Assembly: GCA_017934175.1 (NCBI GenBank)
Contig: JAGBKB010000002.1
Span: forward strand, 11,060-75,059
Origin: Lachnospiraceae bacterium
GTDB lineage: Bacteria; Bacillota; Clostridia; Lachnospirales; Lachnospiraceae
Reading direction: 5' to 3'
DNA length: 64,000 nucleotides
The notes below the pieces were generated by a model. That model was not told the origin of the DNA and searched no databases. It saw nothing but the letters and a program-made list of their open reading frames with translations. Made by a program: the position numbers and the translations under genes. Below, one piece after another: positions 9,489-16,961 of the stretch; within the stretch, counting starts at the first letter, position 1; the number at the start of each line of letters is the position of its first letter.

Positions 9489-10334
9489 TTAATAATAATA
9501 GTCAAATATCTTTGCTTGCAAAAATGATATTACTTTTCTATGTAAGTTCTTTATTCTATTATATGTTTCTATCATCTTGTTGTAATTCGCATTGGTTTTA
9601 ACATTATTAATTATCAAGTTGTTAATTTCCATTTTCTTTTTAATCTCTATATTATTATGTAATAAATTATCAACTAATTTATCATTGTTTTTATCAACAC
9701 AATCATACAATATACTTCCACAATTACAAGGAATGAGAATACCTATATGCTTTTCATTTAATATTTTCGTTATTTCAATATATAACTCATTTTCACTAGT
9801 TTCATAAAAATTAAAATACTCATCATAACTATCAAATATTTCATTCATATAATTATTCAATAAACTATCAACAAGCAGACTTCTGTAATCATGTTGTATA
9901 TCATGCCATAATTTATATATTGGATGTTTAATTATCGTTTGCCTTTCTGTCTCTTTTTCTATATAAGAAACAAAATGCTCATTTATAATTTCATTGTTAA
10001 TATAAAACATCCGTAATACTTCATTGTATATTTCTATTTTAACTTTATCATACTCTCGTTTTTTATCTTTATGCCTGAAATATAATAACGTAATAAAAGA
10101 AAAAGATGATGACATGACCAAAGTAAAAATTGATATTTTAACTGTTAGATCTATGCTATACATTAATCCTTTCTTTGAAAACAACAACAATATCGCAAAA
10201 ATATCCGCTAAAAATATAATAAAAAAACCAATTATAAAACCCATTGAATTACCCAAATATGTTAATGAGCATATTTTATTAATAGTTTCATCTATAAGTA
10301 TAAATCTTTTTCTCAATAATCTTTTATTCATCAA
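9489..10334 (-). CDS. Hypothetical membrane protein (2-3 N-terminal TM helices plus a helical cytoplasmic domain)
   Basis: 281-aa ORF starting 4-7 nt after the stop of the AlbA_2 gene with no RBS of its own, so probably coupled. The likely start is ATG 10331. Confidence 0.65.
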   Translation of the reverse strand: MMNKRLLRKRFILIDETINKICSLTYLGNSMGFIIGFFIIFLADIFAILLLFSKKGLMYSIDLTVKISIFTLVMSSSFSFITLLYFRHKDKKREYDKVKIEIYNEVLRMFYINNEIINEHFVSYIEKETERQTIIKHPIYKLWHDIQHDYRSLLVDSLLNNYMNEIFDSYDEYFNFYETSENELYIEITKILNEKHIGILIPCNCGSILYDCVDKNNDKLVDNLLHNNIEIKKKMEINNLIINNVKTNANYNKMIETYNRIKNLHRKVISFLQAKIFDYYY

Positions 10335-10338
10335 TACT

Positions 10339-11790
10339 TTATCCTACCCCACCACTAATATATCTCTGCTTCGCACTTCTAGGCTTATCTGGAATTGTCA
10401 ACTCTATTTTGCCCTTTTCAATCAATCCTTTTAACAATACATTTATAATATAAAAATACGATAAATTCATATAGTCTACTATTTCTTGTCTTGTTCTCGG
10501 CTTTACACAATAGTTTATAATTTTCTCTTCTAAATCTTTCCTCTTTGATCGTCTAAACTCATCCTTCGTTTCACCACTATTATAAAATATAACTACAAAC
10601 TCTCCATTTTCAACTTTAAACACTGGCATTTTTAATTTTGCTTCTTCAAATAATTGCCTTATCCTTGGTATGCCAGAATATCTATTCTCTGTAATCCCTA
10701 ATATTTCCAATGCATTTGCAAGAGCTTCATTTCTCGTATTAATATTCACTCGCCCAAGATTCTCAATTGGCTCATTTCCATATATTCCACCTGGATTTTT
10801 AATTTCCATTCTATCCGAATACATTTCTAATGATATAGGAGTACCTTCAGTATAAATACTATAATCACGATGCACCAATGTGTTTAATATTGCCTCTCTA
10901 ACTGCTTCCATAGGATATTCTGTTCTTGTTATACGTCTCCCATCTGAATTAATAACTATAGGTTTCTTTGAATTTTTTTCGACAAATGCTATTGCCTCAT
11001 CTAACATTTCTTGAATTGGACCCATAATTCTTTTATCATCTAAAAATCTTTCGTTAATTTCATTTGACATGCCCTTTACAATTCCAGGAATAGCCATTGC
11101 TATGATTGAGAACTGTTTAAATTTTTCTTGTGGAAAATTTGAGAATAGTAATAACCCAGCAATCGTCCAATGATTATCATGTTTTAATCCCATTACTTCT
11201 AAAACTTTTTCATCTGTCATAGTTTTCTGAAAATTCGGTCTATCTTTTTTTACTTTATTCAAATATTCTTCAACTAATGCTTTATTAATTAATGTCTCAT
11301 CTACCCCCTCAACTATTCTTTCATCATCTTTAATTCGCTTTTTATATGCTTCATAACTATAGACTTCATATGGGGACATTTTTTCATCTCGATCCCCAAC
11401 TCTTTTATATGAACCATTTATCACACCACTACCCTTATAATATACTGGTCTCTCATATATATCTACACCAGGAACCTCAGCACAAACAACTGTTTTCCCG
11501 TCTATTACCGCACTTGAAATAATGGCATTTACATTGGGATACATTTCTTTACATTGCTTTTGAATATTCAATCGTAAAGAAGTTGCATCCTTTACTCCGC
11601 AGATATCAAAGTTATCTGTTTCGTTTATACCAAAAACAATTATTCCACCACCATCTTGATTCGAAAACGACGACAATGTATTATAAATATTTGGAATTCC
11701 ACCTTTAGCAGATTTTAACTCCAAATAATTATCCTCTGTTTTAGAGGCCTTTACATTATTTATTAACTTTATTAAATCTTGCTCAACCAT
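10339..11790 (-). CDS. AlbA_2 (Schlafen-like) / HATPase_c_4 / wHTH protein (COG2865-type putative DNA-binding ATPase)
   Basis: 483-aa ORF. N-terminus has ...LELKSAKGG...GGGIIVFGI. The central region REAILNTLVHRDYSIYTEGTPISLEMYSDRMEIKNPGG matches the family signature. C-terminal wHTH-like tail. Confidence 0.8.
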   Translation of the reverse strand: MVEQDLIKLINNVKASKTEDNYLELKSAKGGIPNIYNTLSSFSNQDGGGIIVFGINETDNFDICGVKDATSLRLNIQKQCKEMYPNVNAIISSAVIDGKTVVCAEVPGVDIYERPVYYKGSGVINGSYKRVGDRDEKMSPYEVYSYEAYKKRIKDDERIVEGVDETLINKALVEEYLNKVKKDRPNFQKTMTDEKVLEVMGLKHDNHWTIAGLLLFSNFPQEKFKQFSIIAMAIPGIVKGMSNEINERFLDDKRIMGPIQEMLDEAIAFVEKNSKKPIVINSDGRRITRTEYPMEAVREAILNTLVHRDYSIYTEGTPISLEMYSDRMEIKNPGGIYGNEPIENLGRVNINTRNEALANALEILGITENRYSGIPRIRQLFEEAKLKMPVFKVENGEFVVIFYNSGETKDEFRRSKRKDLEEKIINYCVKPRTRQEIVDYMNLSYFYIINVLLKGLIEKGKIELTIPDKPRSAKQRYISGGVG

Positions 11791-11796
11791 AGCTTA

Positions 11797-11824
11797 ATTA
11801 TACCACAATTTCATAATATGTCAA
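11797..11824 (-). promoter_or_regulatory. Near-consensus promoter abutting the AlbA_2 gene start (leaderless candidate)
   Basis: TTGACA(11824-11819)-16 nt-TGgTATAAT(11805-11797), then 6 nt (TAAGCT) to ATG 11790. No SD. Confidence 0.65.
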
Positions 11825-11827
11825 TAT

Positions 11828-11910
11828 ATATCTTGATATAATTTATATTATCTTGATATAATTTATATTATCTTGATATAATATCTTGACAAGATAATAT
11901 ACCAAGATAT
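11828..11910. repeat. Tandem 20-bp repeats / ATCTTG-CAAGAT motif array
   Basis: ATCTTGATATAATTTATATT x2, then ATCTTGATATAAT, the palindrome ATCTTGaCAAGAT (11882-11894), and CCAAGAT. Confidence 0.85.
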
Positions 11911-11957
11911 TTAATTATGGTACTCAATCCTTAGATCAATAGTAGGATACTGCTGTT

Positions 11958-12569
11958 TCATATTTGCATAATTTTTTTAATTACATCTCGTATCCATATA
12001 GTTGTATTCTTTGATTCTTCTAAAATGACTTGCTTCTCTTTTCTCTTATAATGCTTTTTTAATTTAGTAATTATATCACCATTTATATTATCTCTTCCTA
12101 TTGCCTTTAATGCTTGAATAAGTATTTTTGTATTCTCCGACATACCAACCAATTCTTTGCTTGCCCTATGGTTAAATTCTATCGTAACATTATTAATATT
12201 ATACTTTTTATATGGGCCAGTGCTAACATAAGACCAATTTGCTGGTACTTGAGTTGACAATGACAATATATTTAATGCTGCATTACCATCAGGAGCAATT
12301 CCCCATTTTAAACCTCTCGCAATTGCCTTTGCTATCTCATTTGGATAAGGAACTGCATACTCATTTATAGCCTTACTATATTTTGGCTTATCGTACACTC
12401 CTCTTAACACTCTTCTAATAACGCCTCTTTTTTCTAGCGTTTGTGCATTCTTTTTAACATTTTCATAATCTAAATCATCAGTAAAATCCGACAACATAAA
12501 TGCAGAGCCATAAGGCATACTTTCAATATATTTATTCATTTTTTCAATTTTAATAGTATCTATATTCAC
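11958..12569 (-). CDS. DUF6088 / AbiEi-like antitoxin-domain protein (orphan)
   Basis: 203-aa ORF resembling AbiEi_4/DUF6088 proteins (...VIRRVLRGVYDKP...). No AbiEii nucleotidyltransferase is adjacent. The probable start is an internal ATG (MNKYIESMPYG). TGA stop. Confidence 0.6.
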   Translation of the reverse strand: MNIDTIKIEKMNKYIESMPYGSAFMLSDFTDDLDYENVKKNAQTLEKRGVIRRVLRGVYDKPKYSKAINEYAVPYPNEIAKAIARGLKWGIAPDGNAALNILSLSTQVPANWSYVSTGPYKKYNINNVTIEFNHRASKELVGMSENTKILIQALKAIGRDNINGDIITKLKKHYKRKEKQVILEESKNTTIWIRDVIKKIMQI

Positions 12570-12658
12570 TAATATTATATATAATTAGGGAATGATTGTC
12601 GACCATCAATTCTCTTAGGATCGAGTTAAACATTTGTTATATTTCACATATTTCCCAC

Positions 12659-12754
12659 AATGACACAAATTCACTGCAACATAGATTTTGATTTTATTTT
12701 TGATTTCTTAACTTATACTTTTTTGAAAGATTTTGCATAAACATATTTAAAATT
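12659..12754. repeat. Direct repeat copy B (right flank of island 1)
   Basis: By eye, roughly 85% identical to 6764-6785 plus 6833-6903. Confidence 0.8.
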
Positions 12755-12780
12755 TGTGAACAACTAAAGGGTCTAATTTT

Positions 12781-12823
12781 GTAAAAATTTACGCTGTAAA
12801 AATTTACGCTGTAAAAATTTACT
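12781..12823 (+). repeat. Tandem 15-bp repeat GTAAAAATTTACGCT x2.8
   Basis: Perfect copies at 12781-12795 and 12796-12810, and a partial copy at 12811-12823, ending 1 nt (A12824) before the hydG -35 box. Confidence 0.85.
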
Positions 12824-12824
12824 A

Positions 12825-12852
12825 TTGAAAAGTTACTTGTTTTTGATATAAT
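12825..12852 (+). promoter_or_regulatory. hydG promoter
   Basis: TTGAAA(12825-12830)-16 nt-TGaTATAAT(12844-12852). Confidence 0.55.
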
Positions 12853-12972
12853 AATATACAATAAAATCGTTACTCTGATTCCGAAGATTTTTCTAAGGGA
12901 AAAGGTACAAATTATTTACCCAAAATTTTATTCTATATACTATTAATTATTAGTATATGCTTTTTATAATTT

Positions 12973-12996
12973 GTTACCTCCCAAGGTAACTTTTTT
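12973..12996 (+). terminator. Promoter-proximal hairpin plus T-run in the hydG leader (attenuator / anti-SD)
   Basis: GTTACC-TCCCAA-GGTAAC followed by TTTTTT, 30 nt upstream of ATG 13026. CCTCCCA within it is complementary to the hydG RBS TGGGAGG. Confidence 0.5.
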
Positions 12997-13025
12997 ATTT
13001 TAAGAAAAAATCTGGGAGGAAAAAT

Positions 13026-14441
13026 ATGTATAATCCAAAGTCATTGAAAGCTGAAGAGTTTATATCTGATGAAGAAATTAAAGAAACACTAGAATATGCT
13101 GAAAAGAACAAAAACAATTTGCAACTAGTAGACGAGATACTTGAAAAAGCAAAATTAAGGAAAGGGCTAAGTCATAGAGAAGCATCTGTGTTACTTGCTT
13201 GTGAAGACACAGAAAAAGTAAAACTTATGTATGACCTAGCTGAACAAATCAAAAAAGATTTTTATGGCAATCGTATAGTTATGTTTGCACCACTTTACCT
13301 ATCAAACTATTGTGTAAATGGTTGTCTCTACTGCCCATATCACCAAAAAAATAAAACTATTCCAAGAAAAAAATTAACACAAGAAGAAATCAAGAAAGAA
13401 GTTATAGCCCTTCAAGATATGGGACACAAAAGGCTAGCAATTGAGTCAGGCGAAGACCCAGTTAATAATCCAATAGAATATATATTAGAAAGTATAAAAA
13501 CCATTTATTCTATTAAACATAAAAATGGTGCTATCCGCCGTGTAAATGTAAATATAGCTGCTACAACAGTTGAAAATTATAGAAAATTAAAAGAAGTTGG
13601 CATTGGTACTTACATTTTATTCCAAGAAACTTACGACAAAAAAGCTTATGAATATTTACATCCAACTGGTCCAAAACATGATTACTGCTACCATACTGAA
13701 GCTATGGATAGAGCAATGGATGGTGGTATAGATGATGTCGGTATAGGTGTACTTTTTGGACTTGATAAATACAAATATGAATTTGCAGGACTTCTTATGC
13801 ATGCAGAACATCTTGAGGCAGTCCACGGAGTTGGTCCTCATACTATTTCTGTACCAAGAGTTAAACCTGCAGATGACATTGATCCAAACGACTTTGATAA
13901 TTCACTTAGTGATGAAATGTTTTGCAAAATTGCAGCACTCATAAGAATTGCCGTGCCATATACTGGCATGATAATATCAACTCGTGAAACTCCTGCGGTT
14001 CGTGAAAAAATTATAAGACTTGGCATTAGTCAAATTAGTGGTGGTTCAAGAACATCTGTCGGAGGATATGCTGAAGAAGAAAGGCCTCATGATACAGAGC
14101 AATTTGATGTATCAGATAATAGAACTCTTGATGAAGTTGTTAATTGGCTTATGACGGCTGGGTACATACCTTCATTTTGTACTGCATGTTATAGGCAAGG
14201 AAGAACTGGTGATAGATTTATGTCACTATGTAAGTCAGGACAAATTCAAAACTGTTGTCACCCAAATGCACTCATGACACTTAAAGAATATCTTATAGAC
14301 TATGCTAGTCCTGAAACACGAAAAATTGGTGAAGCTCTTATAGAAAAAGAAATTGACAATATTGGTAAACCAGAACTTCGTCCAAAAGTTAGAGAAGAAC
14401 TTAAAAAAATAGAAGGTGGCACTAGAGATTTATACTTCTAA
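13026..14441 (+). CDS. hydG: [FeFe]-hydrogenase maturase HydG (radical SAM tyrosine lyase)
   Basis: 471-aa ORF with the radical-SAM motif CVNGCLYCPY and the C-terminal Cys cluster CTACYRQGRTGDRFMSLCKSGQIQNCCHPN typical of HydG rather than ThiH. Confidence 0.85.
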   Translation: MYNPKSLKAEEFISDEEIKETLEYAEKNKNNLQLVDEILEKAKLRKGLSHREASVLLACEDTEKVKLMYDLAEQIKKDFYGNRIVMFAPLYLSNYCVNGCLYCPYHQKNKTIPRKKLTQEEIKKEVIALQDMGHKRLAIESGEDPVNNPIEYILESIKTIYSIKHKNGAIRRVNVNIAATTVENYRKLKEVGIGTYILFQETYDKKAYEYLHPTGPKHDYCYHTEAMDRAMDGGIDDVGIGVLFGLDKYKYEFAGLLMHAEHLEAVHGVGPHTISVPRVKPADDIDPNDFDNSLSDEMFCKIAALIRIAVPYTGMIISTRETPAVREKIIRLGISQISGGSRTSVGGYAEEERPHDTEQFDVSDNRTLDEVVNWLMTAGYIPSFCTACYRQGRTGDRFMSLCKSGQIQNCCHPNALMTLKEYLIDYASPETRKIGEALIEKEIDNIGKPELRPKVREELKKIEGGTRDLYF

Positions 14442-14446
14442 TAAAA

Positions 14447-14473
14447 AGGGGTTGCTTATAAAAAAGCAACCCC
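14447..14473. terminator. Hairpin between convergent hydG and metA
   Basis: GGGGTTGCTT / AAGCAACCCC 10-bp stem. The T-run is on the minus-strand side. Confidence 0.6.
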
Positions 14474-14506
14474 GTCACTAAATCTCCAAATTTTATTTTC
14501 TATCAC

Positions 14507-15430
14507 TTATGTGAGCCCTATACTCTCTATGTTATAAGGCGTCTCTTGATATACTATGTAATTTAACCAATTTGAATAAAATAGATTTGCATGAGCTCTC
14601 CATTTAACTATTATGTCATTTTTAGGATCGTCATTCACAAAATAGTTTTCAGGTACTTTTATAGGGAGGCCTTTACTTACATCTCTGTCATACTCATTTT
14701 TTAAGGTGTCTATATCATACTCCGAATGTCCAAATACAAATATCTTCTTGCCATTTTTTGTAAATACTATATTTACACCTGCCTTATCTGATTCTGCAAG
14801 TATTTTAAGTTCTGAAATTTTTTCTATGTCACTTTTCTTTACTGTAGTGTGCCTTGAATGAGGCACATAAAAAGCGTCATCAAAACCTCTAAGTAAGATT
14901 GCATTTTTATAAATTACTTTATGCTCAAAAATTCCAAATAATTTTTCATCAAGTTTATATTTTTTTATTCCATAATGATGATACAAACCGGCCTGAGCAC
15001 CCCAACAAATATGTAAAGTACTATATACATTTTTATTAGTCCAGTCCATTATCTCACACAGTTCATCCCAATAATCTACATCTTCAAATTCTAAATGCTC
15101 AACTGGTGCACCAGTGATTATGCATCCGTCATATTTATTATTTTTTATCTCATCAAATGACTTGTAAAAATTTTGAAGATGCTCTATACCTGTATTATGT
15201 GGGATATGACTCTTCGGAGCAAGTAATTCTAAATCTATTTGAAGAGGAGTATTGCCAAGAACTCTTGCAAACTGAGTTTCTGTTTGTATCTTGGTAGGCA
15301 TAAGATTTACGAGTAAAATTTTTAGCGGTCTTATGTCTTGAGTCTCAGCTCTTAATTTTGTCATTACAAATATATTTTCATTTTCAAGAATCTTTTTAGC
15401 TGGTAAATTATCTGGAATTTTAATTGGCAT
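14507..15430 (-). CDS. metA: Homoserine O-acyltransferase MetA
   Basis: 307-aa ORF with N-terminus [11 protein letters not shown]...[10 protein letters not shown], characteristic of MetA (HTS family). Confidence 0.92.
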   Translation of the reverse strand: MPIKIPDNLPAKKILENENIFVMTKLRAETQDIRPLKILLVNLMPTKIQTETQFARVLGNTPLQIDLELLAPKSHIPHNTGIEHLQNFYKSFDEIKNNKYDGCIITGAPVEHLEFEDVDYWDELCEIMDWTNKNVYSTLHICWGAQAGLYHHYGIKKYKLDEKLFGIFEHKVIYKNAILLRGFDDAFYVPHSRHTTVKKSDIEKISELKILAESDKAGVNIVFTKNGKKIFVFGHSEYDIDTLKNEYDRDVSKGLPIKVPENYFVNDDPKNDIIVKWRAHANLFYSNWLNYIVYQETPYNIESIGLT

Positions 15431-15515
15431 AAATTTCTCCTAACTACATATATCTATTTTAAGGGCTCGCATAGCTCGCCCCTACAATTAGGCGGATGGT
15501 ATCTGCCCCCTACGA

Positions 15516-16790
15516 TTAAATGCTATCAAGCGCATTTTTTACATCTTCAAGTAAGTCGTCGCCATTTTCAATACCTACACTAAGTCTAACCATACCTGCT
15601 GATACACCTGCAGCAACTAATTGCTCATCAGTTAATTGTCTGTGAGTAGTTATAGATGGTGCGAGGCAACAACTTCTCGCATCAGCTACATGAGTTTCAA
15701 TAGCTATGAGTTTAAGTGTCTTCATAAATTTCTCTGCTGCTTCTCTTCCACCATTTAAATCAAAACTTATAACTCCACAAGTTCCATTTGGCAAATATTT
15801 CTCAATCAAATCATGATGTTCAAAACTCTTCAAGCCTGGATATTTAATTGATTTTACCTTATCACTCTTTTCAAGATACTCTGCCACCTTTTGTGCGTTT
15901 TTACAATGAGCTGGTATTCTCACATGTAAACTTTCTATGCCGAGGTTTAAATAAAAAGCATTTTGTGGGCTTTGGATAGAACCTAAGTCTCTCATAAGCT
16001 GCGCAGTAGCCTTAGTTATAAATGCACCCTCTTTTCCAAATGCTTCTGCATATACTAAACCATGATAACTATCATCTGGAGTTGTAAGTCCTGGAAATTT
16101 ATCCTTATGTGCCATCCAGTCAAATTTTCCAGAATCAACTATAGCACCACCAACTCCCACTCCGTGTCCATCAAGATATTTAGTAGTTGAATGAGTTACT
16201 ATATCTACACCAAATTCAATTGGTCTACAATTTATAGGAGTAGGGAAAGTATTGTCAACTATTACTGGAATTCCTGCTTCATGAGCTACCTTTACAAATT
16301 TTTCAAAATCAAATACGTCAAGAGATGGATTTGCAATGGTTTCACCAAATATTAATTTTGTATTTGGCCTAATGGCTTTTCTAATTGTATCTTCATCACT
16401 ATAAGGTGGTATAAATGTAGTTTCTATACCCATCTTTTTTAAAGTAACGGCAAATAAATTAAATGTACCACCATAGATAGCACTTGTACTTATCAAATGG
16501 TCTCCTGCATTACAGAGATTAAATACAGCGAAGAAGTTTGCTGCTTGACCTGATGATGTTAACATTCCTGCTACTCCACCTTCAAGTTCAGTTATTTTTT
16601 TTGCTACATAATCATTAGTTGGATTAGAAAGCCTTGTATAAAAATAGCCTGCGGCCTCTAAATTAAATAATTTCCCCATAAACTCACAAGTGTCAAACTT
16701 AAATGTAGTTGACTGAACTATAGGCACCTGCCTTGGCTCAGCATTTCCTGGTTTGTAACCACCCTGAATACAAATTGTTTCTTTTTTCAT
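15516..16790 (-). CDS. metY: O-acetylhomoserine sulfhydrylase (aminocarboxypropyltransferase) MetY
   Basis: 424-aa Cys/Met-metabolism PLP enzyme with the STTKYLDGHG PLP-lysine motif. AAGGAGG RBS. Confidence 0.9.
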   Translation of the reverse strand: MKKETICIQGGYKPGNAEPRQVPIVQSTTFKFDTCEFMGKLFNLEAAGYFYTRLSNPTNDYVAKKITELEGGVAGMLTSSGQAANFFAVFNLCNAGDHLISTSAIYGGTFNLFAVTLKKMGIETTFIPPYSDEDTIRKAIRPNTKLIFGETIANPSLDVFDFEKFVKVAHEAGIPVIVDNTFPTPINCRPIEFGVDIVTHSTTKYLDGHGVGVGGAIVDSGKFDWMAHKDKFPGLTTPDDSYHGLVYAEAFGKEGAFITKATAQLMRDLGSIQSPQNAFYLNLGIESLHVRIPAHCKNAQKVAEYLEKSDKVKSIKYPGLKSFEHHDLIEKYLPNGTCGVISFDLNGGREAAEKFMKTLKLIAIETHVADARSCCLAPSITTHRQLTDEQLVAAGVSAGMVRLSVGIENGDDLLEDVKNALDSI

Positions 16791-16810
16791 AAGTTTCCTC
16801 CTTAAGAATT

Positions 16811-16841
16811 AAAAAATGCTACGGGTTTAATTTCCCGTAGC
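16811..16841 (-). terminator. Intrinsic terminator inside the metY-metA leader (attenuator)
   Basis: Minus strand GCTACGGG-AAATTAAA-CCCGTAGC followed by ATTTTTTAATT, about 20 nt upstream of the metY ATG. Confidence 0.75.
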
Positions 16842-16870
16842 ATTTTCAAAATAAGATTAATTTACCATTT

Positions 16871-16954
16871 TTATTTGCACACGGAAAATAGAGATGAATA
16901 ACACATCCCCATCATCATAGCTGCAAATTCATTTGTTTTATAAACGCTTTTCAT
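16871..16954 (-). CDS. Putative Met-rich leader peptide (27 aa) MKSVYKTNEFAAMMMGMCYSSLFSVCK
   Basis: My own translation of the minus strand, ATG 16954 to TAA 16871. ATG ATG ATG GGG ATG TGT at 16918-16901. The 3' codons overlap the antiterminator strand. Confidence 0.6.
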   Translation of the reverse strand: MKSVYKTNEFAAMMMGMCYSSLFSVCK

Positions 16955-16961
16955 ATTTAGA

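Noticed and set aside
11828-11910. The tandem repeat arrays (11828-11910, 12781-12823, 36463-36637) as CRISPR arrays.
   Set aside because: The units are 12-20 bp with no unique spacers of CRISPR size between them, and there are no cas genes in the window.
15431-15515. GC-rich hairpin-like sequences of the form GGCGGAT...ATCC(A/G)CC at 15489-15506, 22673-22695 and 31028-31050, considered as a dispersed REP-like element.
   Set aside because: With only three short, imperfectly similar copies, each is explained locally as a terminator or intercistronic stabiliser hairpin. There is insufficient evidence for a repeat family from this window alone.
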